The notes beneath the pieces are model-generated. The model made no database searches and had not been told where the DNA came from. It saw nothing but the letters and a program-made list of their open reading frames with translations. A program made the position numbers and the translations under genes. A stretch of DNA of 64,000 bases, taken from IMG/VR virus record IMGVR_UViG_3300046683_000929, positions 34,181-98,180 of that record. One strand, written 5' to 3'. The DNA comes from a virus. Positions 35,851 through 46,715 of this stretch are shown one piece after another (the stretch's first letter is position 1; the number at the start of each line of letters is the position of its first letter).

Positions 35851-38379
35851 TTAAGCGGCAGCCGTTGCCGGCTTGCCGTGATGTTGTTCTGAATCCAATA
35901 GTTTTTGCTGTAGATGATTTTCAATAATAGCCTGCTGTGTACGGTGATCATTAATAAGGTTCTTAGTGATAATCTGCCCATGTAATTTAAGCTGGTTATC
36001 TATTTGAACTATTTGCGCTTCCAGCTTACCTTGCATTTGTTTGATCTCTAACTCGCTCGCTTTAGCAGCCCTAACCTCGCTTATTTTAAGACTGGATGCA
36101 TATGCCTGGTCATCGCGCTGTTGCTGCCTTGATGCCTGTTGCGAATCAGCCATTTGCTTTTGTCCGAACCTAATCCAGATAGCCAGAATAGCATACGCGT
36201 ATTTTACATTATCAATCATTTTAAGGAAAAGAACCTGATCTGGCGAAATAATTTGCGCCTTCGCCATTTCTGTAGCAGTATCGATAATATCTTTTTTCTG
36301 CTCATCGGTCATTTGATTTTCCATGTGCATGTTAAGCCTATGCATAGGAATATCTTTGATGGATTGCGCCGCCATTGTATTGGCGTTTCCTATCATGTCT
36401 TTAAGTTCTTTAAACCTGTCGCTATCGCCCTCATCAACAACATTCTTGACATAGTACATTAATCCTTCTGAAAGCGTAAGATAGGTGCTGATAATGGATT
36501 CCTCCATTGTGTAGGTAGCATTTGTGCTGGCCATCATAGCCAAGTTAATACCCCCGAAGTTTTGACGTGGCTGCGGCGATTGGCCTTCAGCAATTTCATT
36601 GAAACCAAGAGACTTGGTCATCATCTCGTATAAAAGCGTGATGATGTTTAACCTTTCCATTGCCGTGCCCAGTGAGTTAAGTGTTACCTTTTCAAAGAGC
36701 TTAGCATCCTGCACGCCTTCCTCACCGAGTTCATTGGTAAAATCAGCGACAGCACTATTCGTTTGCCGAAGATATTTAAGCACCCTCATTTTCTTTGCAG
36801 CAAGCTCTTTACCAGACGCTCCTGTTTTACCGTCATCAATATATTTCATCATGCTATTGATCACGGAATTAGACCATATAACACCATCTGACATAGAAGA
36901 GGAAATATCATTTTGGAATAGCTGCCAAAGCTTTACAATTTCCGGCATGAAACTGTGTTCAATCTGGGCAAATGAAAAAGTGTTCAGGCGATATCCGCAG
37001 TAGGTGCTTTTCGCATAACGGAAGTCATCTCCTTCGCGTACCTGGTCTTGAATAGGCCCGAACTTAAAGATGTATTTTGCCTGTTCTTTAAATGCTGTGG
37101 TACCACGCACTTCATAAAGTGTATCCAGTGGAATATAATAATGGGAGTACCAGACATTATAGTGCTTTTCTACCCGCTTTGCCCCTTTTTTTATCTTGGC
37201 ATTCTCGGTAGGGGAGTAGTCTATTTTCTCTTCTTTGAATGCTTTATTTCCGGCACCATTGATATACTCGGCATAAACATCCATGTTCTGAGTCTCAAAC
37301 TCATGGTACCCCAGGCGGATCTTTGCTGAATTGCGCTGAAAGGTGGTCAGACCATCATAGTCGCCGGTAACCCCATGAAAGTTCCGGTTTTTAATAAAGA
37401 TTTCTTTGAGCATTTCATTGCTCAACTCACCACCGGCCATCTGCACGAACTGCCCAAAAGAGACATCAAACTCTTCAATCCAGATTGTATTGTCTGATAG
37501 GTCTGGTTTCACACATGGGCCTATCTTAACCTTGCCTGGGTCTTTATATTCAATAATCGGCCTGCCGGTTGTTGTGCTGGTATAAAACCGGCATAGGTGG
37601 GCATTTACGTTGCTGATGTCATCTATAATCCGGGGCTTTATTCCCTGGGAGAACTTATTGATGCTTTCAATATATTCTTTGATCGCAATCTCCATAGCTA
37701 CCTCAACTCCATCCTTGTAAAGGTATTGGTTGTATATGGCCAGCTGCTCATTGCTGAATATTTTGGATTTAATAGCCTCAATGGTATCCATTGGATTGGA
37801 AGTAGCCGGCGATTGCTGAGCGCCGCCCTGCTGGGCCTGTGCCTGGGCTTGTTGCCCCTGCTGCTCCATTTGATTGATAAATGCGAATGGATCCTCGTCT
37901 TCCCGTAGTTGGCGAACACCAAAGCTCGGGTTGATCTCATTTAGGAAGTTACGCATATACTGCGCACCGATTATCTTATCGTTGTCTTCCTGCTGTTTAA
38001 GTTTTGAGAATTCATCTGCAGCCTTTACGACAACATTGATCGGCATTTTTTTTAACTGTGCCTTTTTAATGTTCTCCAGGTGCATGTATATCGGGCATGT
38101 CTGCCAGTTTGCCTTAAAGAACTCAGCTTTGCCACCGGCACCATCCGGTGTAATCGGATCTATGAATTCCTTGTATTTTTTTTCATCGATCTTTCCTTTT
38201 TCTAAATCGCGGTAAAATTCCAGCTTCTCTCTATCTACATATGGCTCTGAAACCATTTTGTTGAAGTAAAGAACCTGTGCGGCCCATAGTTCGTTCTTGT
38301 CCGATTTGGGGACAAAGTGCAATTCATCGTAATAAAGCGTTCTTGATTCGCTATTACCTCTGGTTGGATCTAATGCCAC
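35851..38379 (-). CDS. Portal protein
   Basis: 842 aa between terminase and capsid genes; C-terminal Gln-rich barrel coiled coil. Confidence 0.75.
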   Translation of the reverse strand: MALDPTRGNSESRTLYYDELHFVPKSDKNELWAAQVLYFNKMVSEPYVDREKLEFYRDLEKGKIDEKKYKEFIDPITPDGAGGKAEFFKANWQTCPIYMHLENIKKAQLKKMPINVVVKAADEFSKLKQQEDNDKIIGAQYMRNFLNEINPSFGVRQLREDEDPFAFINQMEQQGQQAQAQAQQGGAQQSPATSNPMDTIEAIKSKIFSNEQLAIYNQYLYKDGVEVAMEIAIKEYIESINKFSQGIKPRIIDDISNVNAHLCRFYTSTTTGRPIIEYKDPGKVKIGPCVKPDLSDNTIWIEEFDVSFGQFVQMAGGELSNEMLKEIFIKNRNFHGVTGDYDGLTTFQRNSAKIRLGYHEFETQNMDVYAEYINGAGNKAFKEEKIDYSPTENAKIKKGAKRVEKHYNVWYSHYYIPLDTLYEVRGTTAFKEQAKYIFKFGPIQDQVREGDDFRYAKSTYCGYRLNTFSFAQIEHSFMPEIVKLWQLFQNDISSSMSDGVIWSNSVINSMMKYIDDGKTGASGKELAAKKMRVLKYLRQTNSAVADFTNELGEEGVQDAKLFEKVTLNSLGTAMERLNIITLLYEMMTKSLGFNEIAEGQSPQPRQNFGGINLAMMASTNATYTMEESIISTYLTLSEGLMYYVKNVVDEGDSDRFKELKDMIGNANTMAAQSIKDIPMHRLNMHMENQMTDEQKKDIIDTATEMAKAQIISPDQVLFLKMIDNVKYAYAILAIWIRFGQKQMADSQQASRQQQRDDQAYASSLKISEVRAAKASELEIKQMQGKLEAQIVQIDNQLKLHGQIITKNLINDHRTQQAIIENHLQQKLLDSEQHHGKPATAAA

Positions 38380-38434
38380 TTTGAATTTTTCTTTAAAATT
38401 ATCAAAAATAAAACATCAATTCTAAAATATTTTA

Positions 38435-39133
38435 TTACGGCAATTTACCGATGATATCACCATGCATGCAAATACTCACTACATCACCAGAAATTTCACG
38501 CTCATACAATGAAGCATAATCAACCACAACCATATCGCCAGGCTGCATAGGACTATCCGGATGAGAAAATAAAACCTGCCTTATAACCAACTCACCGGCT
38601 GTTGATGGAATTATCAGCCCGGAATCAGAACGATCAAATTCTCCCTCAAAATCTACATAGTTCATGAAAACATAAGGGAAGTTGGGTATAATTTCATTGC
38701 CCTTAATGACTCCAAATATGGTCGACGCATTTTTCAAGTCACCTTTGTTGTACTCGTTTACCTCAAATTTGGCAAACTTACTGGCAGACATGCGCTTGCT
38801 TTCCGTGTAGAACTCATTACGGGCCTCACAGCGAACTAATTTCTTTCCGCCAATATTAGATATCACTTTCCCGCCATCGGTGTCCACACTGTAATCTACA
38901 ACCACCTCATCGCCGGGTTTAATCCATGCAATACCATCACCAACTGCAACTATTCGGGCAATACTCACTCCCTGCTCATAGTGCTCATCGTATAATCCAG
39001 ATTCCGGCATAGCCAGCGACAACTTCATGGTTGCACCTGATGCTAACGTGATATCCTTATAGAATTTCCTGTCATGGTCATCTTTAAGAATTTCAACAAT
39101 AGCATAGCCGGGTATAGTTGTATACTCCTGCAT
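38435..39133 (-). CDS. Protein with two tandem GroES-like domains
   Basis: ARIVAVGDGIAWIKPGDEVVVDY and RSDSGLIIPS...QPGDMVVVDY...GDIIG. Confidence 0.6.
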   Translation of the reverse strand: MQEYTTIPGYAIVEILKDDHDRKFYKDITLASGATMKLSLAMPESGLYDEHYEQGVSIARIVAVGDGIAWIKPGDEVVVDYSVDTDGGKVISNIGGKKLVRCEARNEFYTESKRMSASKFAKFEVNEYNKGDLKNASTIFGVIKGNEIIPNFPYVFMNYVDFEGEFDRSDSGLIIPSTAGELVIRQVLFSHPDSPMQPGDMVVVDYASLYEREISGDVVSICMHGDIIGKLP

Positions 39134-39591
39134 TATTGTTTGTTTTTATCCTGGCGGCTACGGTTATCAAATTGACCGGGGACGTATGGATCTTTATTTA
39201 TTTCTTCTGTACAACTATCATACAATGCTTTTTGCAATTCCAAAAAATCTTCATCTTCTTTTTTGTCGGGTACAAGCTTTGTGAATTTTTCAAATTCCTC
39301 TATAGCCATTGGCGGACGCGGAGAACCGGCATATATATCCCCTTCACGAAGTACAGTTACTTCCCTGCCACCAATCATTAATTCAAATCCGTAATCACGT
39401 CCAAAGATTATTTTTTGACCAGGGAAAACAGATTTACAGTCGGGTCCGGCAACTATGACAATACCCTTGTTAGGTTTTTCCTTTTCAGTTTCAGGAATAA
39501 TAACGCCCCCCGCTGTTTTATCTACAGTTTCGTCGCGTTCGATAAAAACCCTATCAAAAAAGGGCTCAAGTTCAAGTTTTGGTGTTTCCAT
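39133..39591 (-). CDS. groES: Co-chaperonin GroES with C-terminal extension
   Basis: LEPFFDRVFIE, KTAGGVIIPETEKEKP, VLREGDIYA. Confidence 0.88.
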   Translation of the reverse strand: METPKLELEPFFDRVFIERDETVDKTAGGVIIPETEKEKPNKGIVIVAGPDCKSVFPGQKIIFGRDYGFELMIGGREVTVLREGDIYAGSPRPPMAIEEFEKFTKLVPDKKEDEDFLELQKALYDSCTEEINKDPYVPGQFDNRSRQDKNKQ

Positions 39592-39593
39592 GG

Positions 39594-41609
39594 TTATTTT
39601 AAAAATAAAGTGTTTAATGTATTATCAATGCCTAAATCCTCAAGCATTTCGTCAATCATATCTGTATAATTAATCCGTTCAAGGCCATGAACCATCATGG
39701 TATTAGCCATGAATAAATCTGATTTTTGAGTATTTGACGGATCGAATTCTTTCGCGGTTAAAAGCAAATCATCAAAAGGAATATCCTTTAACCTATCTAT
39801 TTCGCCGCTACCGACTTTTGGCCGTTTGATCAAACTCTGGAACCTGTCAACCCCGTTTTTAATTACTTTCTGCCGATTGTCTGTCCAGAGACCATGAACC
39901 CCGTTGTATTTCTGATCAAAGTCAAGTGCTTTCATTGCTTTGAGATACTTGTAAACGGCATCCACATTTCGTTCATGGGTACCTTTGAAACCCCAGTACA
40001 TGCAAGCTTTTAAATATTCGTAGTGGGCAGCATCCGGGTCTTCATCTCTTACATGGTACATGCCTGCATACATGCCCGCGCAGCTCCTGCCAGTTTTATC
40101 TACGTTACCGAAATAATCGAATTTGTAGGCGGCTATAATAGCTGACTTTGAAACATTATTTGAGGTAGTCTGCTTGTCGCCATAACGAACCGGGTCATAG
40201 CCTACAGCGCCCTCTGGGGATTTATTTAAGATTAGCTTATTGTCAAAGTCTTTGTACCAGCGATTGCTGCGGTCCTCATTATCGCGACGATTCTTTTTGG
40301 GATGTATCGCTACTAACCAGTCGCCATTATTTGTTGCCTCGAAGTGTATTTTATTATCGTTGGAGTCTGGATGAAACTTACCGACAGTATAAGGCTTTTC
40401 ACGGGTAGTTAATTTTGTAATTACATTAATTCGTTCTTGAAGCCGTATGTTATCAAAAGTAGTAGTGCCGGTGGCGGTAGACATGGCCTCTTCTTCAGTC
40501 AAAGGTTTTTTACGAACAGCGTAGGTCCACTGCATTGTCCCTTCTTCGTATTTTGCCCTGGCTTTTAATATTCTTTCTTCGGCTTGGGCAATATTTATTT
40601 TTCCAAAACGATCGCGAAGATCACGCTCTGCGTATGCTGCACTTACAAACCATTTCCATAAACCACTTTTTGTAAATCCATCGGCCCCAACATTTCGAGG
40701 ATCTGAATCTTGATATATTTTTATTCCGTCTGCAATTGCTTGCGCAACATCCTTGCTGTCTCCAAGCGTCGATAGAAGCGATATGGCACCTTTAAAAACA
40801 CCATCGTTCTCGAAGCAGGGAAGTTGTGTTTCGAGAAACTCAAGGGGGCTAATACCCTTCCATTTCCAGATTTCATCTCCCGTGATGTAGCTCATAAAAT
40901 AGGCATCGAAGGCGGAAACAACAGTAGGTGAAGTGATTAACCACCCATTTAAATATAACTTATCTAACTGAATGTCTAATACAGAATCCAAAGGCAACTC
41001 ATCAGAAGATAGAAGCAATTCTTCTTTTGGCTTACGGCCATTTGGCTTATAATATGCACCTGAAATCCAAGACGGCCTTTGTACGTATGAGTTTATAAAT
41101 GGATTAAAAAGTGATTTTTTGGTTTTCTTTTGTTCTATTGAGATGAACCCAACATGCCTATAAAAATCTTCTATTAAACGATGTGTTGCCTCTGTCAATT
41201 CACATGTAGTCTCCCCTACCCTTCGCCCTTTCGCTACAACAGATCCTTTACAAAATGGGCTTTCCCACCTTAGTTGCCTAAATAAAAAATCTTGTCTTTG
41301 ATGATCGAGATAAAACGGCTGTTTACCTTCGAATCGCATGTAATTCAGGTGGTCGTAAAAAAGATTGTTTATATAGGTCAATTCGCCATTTATCATGGCA
41401 TATACGCCTTCATGAAACCTTAGCCTTTCCTGGTCAATAAACTTAACCTGGTCTCGAATATGAGTTTTTTTAAAATTTGGAATAACCGTTGGTCGCCAAA
41501 ATTGATCTGCCTTCTTTTCTTTAATAAACAAAATGTCCTCTTCCCTTGATGGGGGAGGGGGACATTTAAATTCATATAGGCCGCCTTGAAGCTTAACTAT
41601 TTCTGACAT
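39594..41609 (-). CDS. terL: Terminase large subunit
   Basis: KGRRVGET Walker A-like motif, ITGDE Walker B, GYDP nuclease motif; upstream of portal. Confidence 0.85.
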   Translation of the reverse strand: MSEIVKLQGGLYEFKCPPPPSREEDILFIKEKKADQFWRPTVIPNFKKTHIRDQVKFIDQERLRFHEGVYAMINGELTYINNLFYDHLNYMRFEGKQPFYLDHQRQDFLFRQLRWESPFCKGSVVAKGRRVGETTCELTEATHRLIEDFYRHVGFISIEQKKTKKSLFNPFINSYVQRPSWISGAYYKPNGRKPKEELLLSSDELPLDSVLDIQLDKLYLNGWLITSPTVVSAFDAYFMSYITGDEIWKWKGISPLEFLETQLPCFENDGVFKGAISLLSTLGDSKDVAQAIADGIKIYQDSDPRNVGADGFTKSGLWKWFVSAAYAERDLRDRFGKINIAQAEERILKARAKYEEGTMQWTYAVRKKPLTEEEAMSTATGTTTFDNIRLQERINVITKLTTREKPYTVGKFHPDSNDNKIHFEATNNGDWLVAIHPKKNRRDNEDRSNRWYKDFDNKLILNKSPEGAVGYDPVRYGDKQTTSNNVSKSAIIAAYKFDYFGNVDKTGRSCAGMYAGMYHVRDEDPDAAHYEYLKACMYWGFKGTHERNVDAVYKYLKAMKALDFDQKYNGVHGLWTDNRQKVIKNGVDRFQSLIKRPKVGSGEIDRLKDIPFDDLLLTAKEFDPSNTQKSDLFMANTMMVHGLERINYTDMIDEMLEDLGIDNTLNTLFLK

Positions 41610-41640
41610 ACATTTCGCATAACGAATGTACTAAAATATT

Positions 41641-42405
41641 TTAGAAACCAAAGCTCTTCAAGAAGATATTGAGTTCCCTATTCCACCTACTATCATGCAA
41701 TGCTGAGTGTTCATTGCTTTGTTTTGGAAATAAAATATTCCCTGTTATTTTCTTTATCGCAAGATCTAATGGGATCTTATTCAAATCATTGTATATTCCC
41801 ATGGCGGGCTCTCCAATACATGCAATCATTTGCCCCCTAGTTGACATGGCGAACTCATCAAGGGTCTGTTTTAAATCAACACAGTACATAGGAAACCCTT
41901 CAGGCAAATCCATCATGGTGCCGAAGATAGTACATATCATTACCCAGTCGTAGTCGGCATAGTATGCTTTGAAAACAACTTCATTTTCTTTCTTCCATTT
42001 ATCAAGTCCTTGAGACAATAAACCACCAAATGGAGCAAGATCATTTATTTCATTAAATGGAATAACAAACTCTTTGATATCATGGCTTATTGTCTGGATA
42101 GACTTGTAAATTGGATTTGGCACATTACCCTCTGGCCAAGGATCTTTGTGAGTTGGCTCCGCCATTAACGTGCGCGAAGGAAGAAGAGGTAGCACATTCT
42201 CTTTAACCCAATGATTGCACCTGCTACGGCGGAAATTCTTATTTATCGCATAATACTCCCTCCCATCATCGGTTACTATACCTACGCTGATAAGCTCTAT
42301 GCTCCATTGGGGTTTATTAAATGATAGCCAGCCGGGCAACCATGATATAGGCTTGAAGAAGCCTTCGCTGAATTCTGTGTCGAGATAGTAGTTTCTTATT
42401 TTCAT
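41641..42405 (-). CDS. DEDDh 3'-5' exoribonuclease (Rv2179c-like)
   Basis: YLDTEF, LISVGIV, AYYADYDWV, EHSALHDSRW. Confidence 0.8.
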   Translation of the reverse strand: MKIRNYYLDTEFSEGFFKPISWLPGWLSFNKPQWSIELISVGIVTDDGREYYAINKNFRRSRCNHWVKENVLPLLPSRTLMAEPTHKDPWPEGNVPNPIYKSIQTISHDIKEFVIPFNEINDLAPFGGLLSQGLDKWKKENEVVFKAYYADYDWVMICTIFGTMMDLPEGFPMYCVDLKQTLDEFAMSTRGQMIACIGEPAMGIYNDLNKIPLDLAIKKITGNILFPKQSNEHSALHDSRWNRELNIFLKSFGF

Positions 42406-43060
42406 GACAGTCTTTTAAGTTGGCGTTTAAAATAGTTAGTTATTAGTTCTTTTTGATCCGGTGTTAACTCATCCATATCGGGCTCAATAACAGAAAGCAA
42501 TGTGCCGATAACACCCCATTGACGAACCTGTGACAAAGTGTTTAAGGACTCGACAATATCATCTATTGACAAATCCAGTTCAACAGTTTTCTTTACTTGT
42601 ACCTCAATGGTTATTTTCTTTTCTGGCATGATTTAAATTTAATCTCGTTTTAAATCATAAGTCATTTTTTGCCCCGCAACAATAGCCCTCATCACATCTG
42701 CACATTTCAACCATAACACTATGGCCTCCATTTTTTCATCAAGTGTTTCGATATAAATATCATCAAAGCCGAACACTATTGTATCCGTAAGAAACACATC
42801 TCCATTATTCATTTGAACTTCAAACATTGCTACTCCTCCACTTTATCTAAAATTTTCCCAGTACCCGCAGCCAGCTTTATCACCACCTGCCGCCAGGCAT
42901 TCTTTTGATTTACATTAAGATCATCCCAAACTGGCATGTAGTTGCCAGGTGCATTCTTTTTTGAAATTGCAACCGCATAAGTCTCATACGCTATCTGGGC
43001 ATTTTTATTTATTTCTTCATTTGGTAAATACAAATGTTTTTTTCTATCTTTAGGTTTCAT
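42402..43060 (-). CDS. Three small hypothetical genes (42402-42629, 42639-42827, 42830-43060)
   Basis: Tightly packed co-oriented ORFs. Confidence 0.55.
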
Positions 43061-43129
43061 AATTATTAGGCGGTTATTTTTAGGTTATTCATGGTGAATG
43101 GAAGGTGGACGTGATAAACCCACCTTTTT

Positions 43130-44701
43130 TTATTTTATATTGAGCAACAGGCACTCTGTAGTTAACATCAACCCGGCTATTGACGCTGCATTTTCCAACG
43201 CCTCTCGTACTACTTTTGTCGGATCAATAACGCCGGCAGCAATAAGGTTTTCATATTTATCGGTACGTGCATTGTAACCAAAGTCACTTTCACCTTCAAG
43301 TATCTTTTTGTGAACCTGGCTGCCGTTAATACCTGCATTTTCGCAAATCTGAAATAGGGGAGCCCGCAAAGAATTAATTATAACTTCAACGCCCTTAAAT
43401 TCATCTGAAGTATATTCTGATTTTAATTCTGCATACTGAAGTGCCCTTATATAAGCAATACCTCCACCGGCAACTATCCCCTCTTCAACTGCTGCCCTGG
43501 TAGCATGTACTGCATCGTCGATACGGTCCCTTTTTTCATTGGCCTCAATTTCGGTTGTGGCACCTACATATATTGTGGCTACGGATCCGTCCAGGTTAGA
43601 TACCCTGGCTTTTAACACTGATTTATCATCGTCGCCGTGCGCAGCTTCGATTGCCAGTTCAAGGTCCTTTACGCGGGCGCTGATTAGTTCCGGATTGCCT
43701 TTGCCGCCAATAATAGTTGTGCTATTCTGGTCAATGATAATCCGGTCGGCCTGGCCCAAGAAAGAAAAGTCAATCTTTTTTAATGCAACTTCATTTTCAT
43801 AGGCAACTTTACCTCCAGTTACATAGGCGATATCCTCCATGATGTGGTGACGAAGATCTCCGTAGCTGGGTGCGGTAACCGGCGCTATTTGCATGCCATC
43901 TTTTTTATTAACCGCAATTACATTCATAGCGGCAGGATCAAACTCATCGGCAATAATTACGATTGGTTTTCCTGAATTTAACACAAACTCCATGGTGCCA
44001 ATGAGCTGCTCCATGGTACGGACTTTTTTATCATATAGCAATATCCATGGGTTATCAAACTCGGCGGTTTGCTTTACCTGGTTGGTCATGAAGTGCTGAT
44101 GGATGAGACCCTTGTCAAACACAAAACCCTTTGAGAATTTAAGCTCTGTTTTTGAACTACTCGAATCCTCAACATGAATAGCGCCGTATTTTCCAACCTT
44201 ATGCATGGCTGCAGCTATCATTCCGCCAAGTTCTTTGTCGTTGTTGGTAGATACCATGGCCACGTTAAGCAGAGTTTCCTCATTGCCATCTACAGCGATG
44301 CTTTGAGATTTTATATGATCAACAACTGCGGCTACTGCCATATCAATGCCGCGCTTCAATGCCATTGGATTAATGCCGGCAGATATCTCTTTCAAGCCCT
44401 CTTCGAAGATAGCCTGGGCAAGCACCGTCGCCGTTGTGGTACCGTCGCCGGCGCTTTTAACCGTTTTTATGGCAACCCCTTTCATGAGCTGCACACCTAC
44501 ATTAACCAGGGGATCTGTTACCTCAACATTACTGGCCACCGTAACTCCATCCTTTGTAATCATTGGCCACCTGCCATCCCTGTCAATAACTACGTTACGC
44601 CCCTTTGGACCCAGTGTTACCTTTACCGCATTAGCTACAGTATCCACTCCCTGCTTTAATAAGTTGCGAGCGTCTTCGTTGTACCTTACTTCTTTGTTCA
44701 T
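43130..44701 (-). CDS. groEL: Chaperonin GroEL lacking the GGM tail
   Basis: VKVTLGPKGRNV, TKDGVTVA, AGDGTTTATVLA, EEGIVAGGG, GVIDPTKV. Confidence 0.97.
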   Translation of the reverse strand: MNKEVRYNEDARNLLKQGVDTVANAVKVTLGPKGRNVVIDRDGRWPMITKDGVTVASNVEVTDPLVNVGVQLMKGVAIKTVKSAGDGTTTATVLAQAIFEEGLKEISAGINPMALKRGIDMAVAAVVDHIKSQSIAVDGNEETLLNVAMVSTNNDKELGGMIAAAMHKVGKYGAIHVEDSSSSKTELKFSKGFVFDKGLIHQHFMTNQVKQTAEFDNPWILLYDKKVRTMEQLIGTMEFVLNSGKPIVIIADEFDPAAMNVIAVNKKDGMQIAPVTAPSYGDLRHHIMEDIAYVTGGKVAYENEVALKKIDFSFLGQADRIIIDQNSTTIIGGKGNPELISARVKDLELAIEAAHGDDDKSVLKARVSNLDGSVATIYVGATTEIEANEKRDRIDDAVHATRAAVEEGIVAGGGIAYIRALQYAELKSEYTSDEFKGVEVIINSLRAPLFQICENAGINGSQVHKKILEGESDFGYNARTDKYENLIAAGVIDPTKVVREALENAASIAGLMLTTECLLLNIK

Positions 44702-44773
44702 ATTATTTGTTGAAAAATGGAATAAGCTTTTTACTTATTCCATTTGGTTAGATAAAATTAAGGTAAACTATAA

Positions 44774-44983
44774 TTACGCAGGCTCCAAATTGTCGTCAAA
44801 GTACTTTTTTGCAACATACCACTGATCTGCGTGGTTTTTGGGATTACGGGCAACATAGCCCCCCTCAAGACTGTCGAGTTTTTTATCCTCATCAGATACA
44901 CTAATACCTGATAAATCTTCACCTACTACATACGGCCTCATTTCAGATAAGCCTTTTCTTTTGTACTTTTTAAATGCATCCAT
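44774..44983 (-). CDS. Small phage protein, function unknown
   Basis: KKYKRK...EMRPY...GGYVARNPKNHADQWYVAKKYF; adjacent to Tad2-like gene. Confidence 0.6.
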   Translation of the reverse strand: MDAFKKYKRKGLSEMRPYVVGEDLSGISVSDEDKKLDSLEGGYVARNPKNHADQWYVAKKYFDDNLEPA

Positions 44984-45022
44984 GATTTTTGTGTTTATAT
45001 TATTTGTTTGTAATAAAATATT

Positions 45023-45523
45023 TTAGGAAACTACCGACCAATCTTCCGCTATTAAATCGGTTTGTGAAGGTACCCATCCATTTATGATACTGCCATCAAC
45101 AGATTTAAGGCAGAAATAAGCTTTGAAATCTATAAAATCTGAACTCGATGCAGCGAGATCGTCTTTTACAGACTGAGGCAATGATTTTACATTTGGAATA
45201 AAATCAACCCTTAAGTTATCAGCTGGCCGCATAAAGGCATACATCCCCTTTCCATTCCAACCTTCTCTAGCTACTTTCTTATTGGCCTTTAATGCTAAAA
45301 TCGCAAATTCGAAGCCTTTTAGACCATAGGTAATAGCCCAATCTTCGCGCATAATATAATGTGCGTGATTAGGTGAATCTAAAATATCGCCAGTCCTGGT
45401 AAATACCGATATTTGGCCATCTGTATTTTTGAACCAATGTCCAACCCACTCAGGAAGCTTTACATTTGCTCCGAGATCTAAGGCCTGCATTGCCTCTGAA
45501 TAATTCATTCCTTCTGTTTTCAT
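45023..45523 (-). CDS. DUF2829/Tad2-like anti-defence sponge with tandem domains
   Basis: FEFAILALKANKKVAREGWNGKGMY...GWVPSQTDLIAEDW, plus a degenerate N-terminal copy. Confidence 0.8.
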   Translation of the reverse strand: MKTEGMNYSEAMQALDLGANVKLPEWVGHWFKNTDGQISVFTRTGDILDSPNHAHYIMREDWAITYGLKGFEFAILALKANKKVAREGWNGKGMYAFMRPADNLRVDFIPNVKSLPQSVKDDLAASSSDFIDFKAYFCLKSVDGSIINGWVPSQTDLIAEDWSVVS

Positions 45524-45524
45524 A

Positions 45525-45992
45525 TTAAAATCTAATTAGTTGTGAATCTGACCGGCAATATAAAGGATGCTTTGGGCTGCCGTTTTTATTTATGTGAAGT
45601 GCCCATGCTTCAGGAAACATCTTTTTTAATTCGTTATCCCTTCCAAGGACATTAAAGTTACCCCAACAAAAGACAACCTTTTCAACAGAGTCGGCAGTCA
45701 TAGTTAACCACCAATCACTGTCTGGCAAATTACCTTCTTTAATATTTAATTTCTTGGGGTCGGTACTGATAAACGTAAATAAATTCATCATGTAAAACCC
45801 GCCGTAGCCCCAGCCTTTAACCATTGATCTTATTCTACGGATAGTCGGATCATCTGTTTCAGAATTGGCAGTTGAGGGATTAAGCCCTATAAACATTATC
45901 AGTGGCTTTTTTATATCCCATATACGCGCTAACATCATGCGATGTTTACCGCATGGACTGAAATGCGCAACACTATCTTCAAATAATCTCAT
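45525..45992 (-). CDS. DUF1643 family protein
   Basis: MFIGLNPSTA...DDPTIRR, WG, PKHPLY. Confidence 0.85.
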   Translation of the reverse strand: MRLFEDSVAHFSPCGKHRMMLARIWDIKKPLIMFIGLNPSTANSETDDPTIRRIRSMVKGWGYGGFYMMNLFTFISTDPKKLNIKEGNLPDSDWWLTMTADSVEKVVFCWGNFNVLGRDNELKKMFPEAWALHINKNGSPKHPLYCRSDSQLIRF

Positions 45993-46005
45993 AGTTTATT
46001 ATTAT

Positions 46006-46710
46006 TTATTCACGATATGACCATTTCCTGCCAGCACATGTTTTATATATTCCTTTGATGCATTTTCTTATACTGCTTCTCGTCGCTCCTGTAGCAGATG
46101 CAGCCTCAGTGACAGAATCGAATATTTCACCTTTATCTGTCTGAACTTTTACTTTTCTGGCAGCAGATAATACTTTCATCTTTGCTAACCATTCTGGATT
46201 TTTAGCCAAATCCTGCAACATTTTTTTATTCTTTTCCTTATATTCTGGAGTATCACGTAGTATTTTTAGTTTCTCTTGAGCCTTTACGCCATTGATACCC
46301 CCTTGAATGCTTCTTTTAGCTCTCAATTCGTCTGTATATGATCTTATTAGGCCTTCATGATGCTTTTTCTTGACATATGGGTTTGTTATTGTATTGCCCC
46401 CTGTAGTTGATGCTGAAAGATTATAACAATTTTGCGGTTCAGCTTTTAAATAATAATCTAAGAATATTTTTTCCTGAGACTTTACATTTTTTTTATCATC
46501 AACCCTAACAATTATTTCAAAAAAGAAGAACTGCTCTCCGTATTTATTCCAAGATGCTTGAAGTAAGTCATTTTCATGTATACCTTTCCGAAGACGCTGC
46601 CAATGCTTGACCTTCCTACTGCTAAATGAAACAGAAGTGCCTCCAATATAGACCATTGCTGTAGCCCAACACTTTATCTTATAAACACCAAATCCATCCA
46701 ATGACTCCAT
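46006..46710 (-). CDS. Free-standing GIY-YIG homing endonuclease with NUMOD1-like C-terminus
   Basis: GVYKI...VYIGGT, HENDLLQASWNKYG, FDSVTEAA. Confidence 0.85.
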   Translation of the reverse strand: MESLDGFGVYKIKCWATAMVYIGGTSVSFSSRKVKHWQRLRKGIHENDLLQASWNKYGEQFFFFEIIVRVDDKKNVKSQEKIFLDYYLKAEPQNCYNLSASTTGGNTITNPYVKKKHHEGLIRSYTDELRAKRSIQGGINGVKAQEKLKILRDTPEYKEKNKKMLQDLAKNPEWLAKMKVLSAARKVKVQTDKGEIFDSVTEAASATGATRSSIRKCIKGIYKTCAGRKWSYRE

Positions 46711-46715
46711 TAAAA

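Noticed and set aside
46006-46710. Group I intron around the GIY-YIG gene
   Set aside because: Flanking genes are intact and the gaps are too short for intron core structure; it is free-standing
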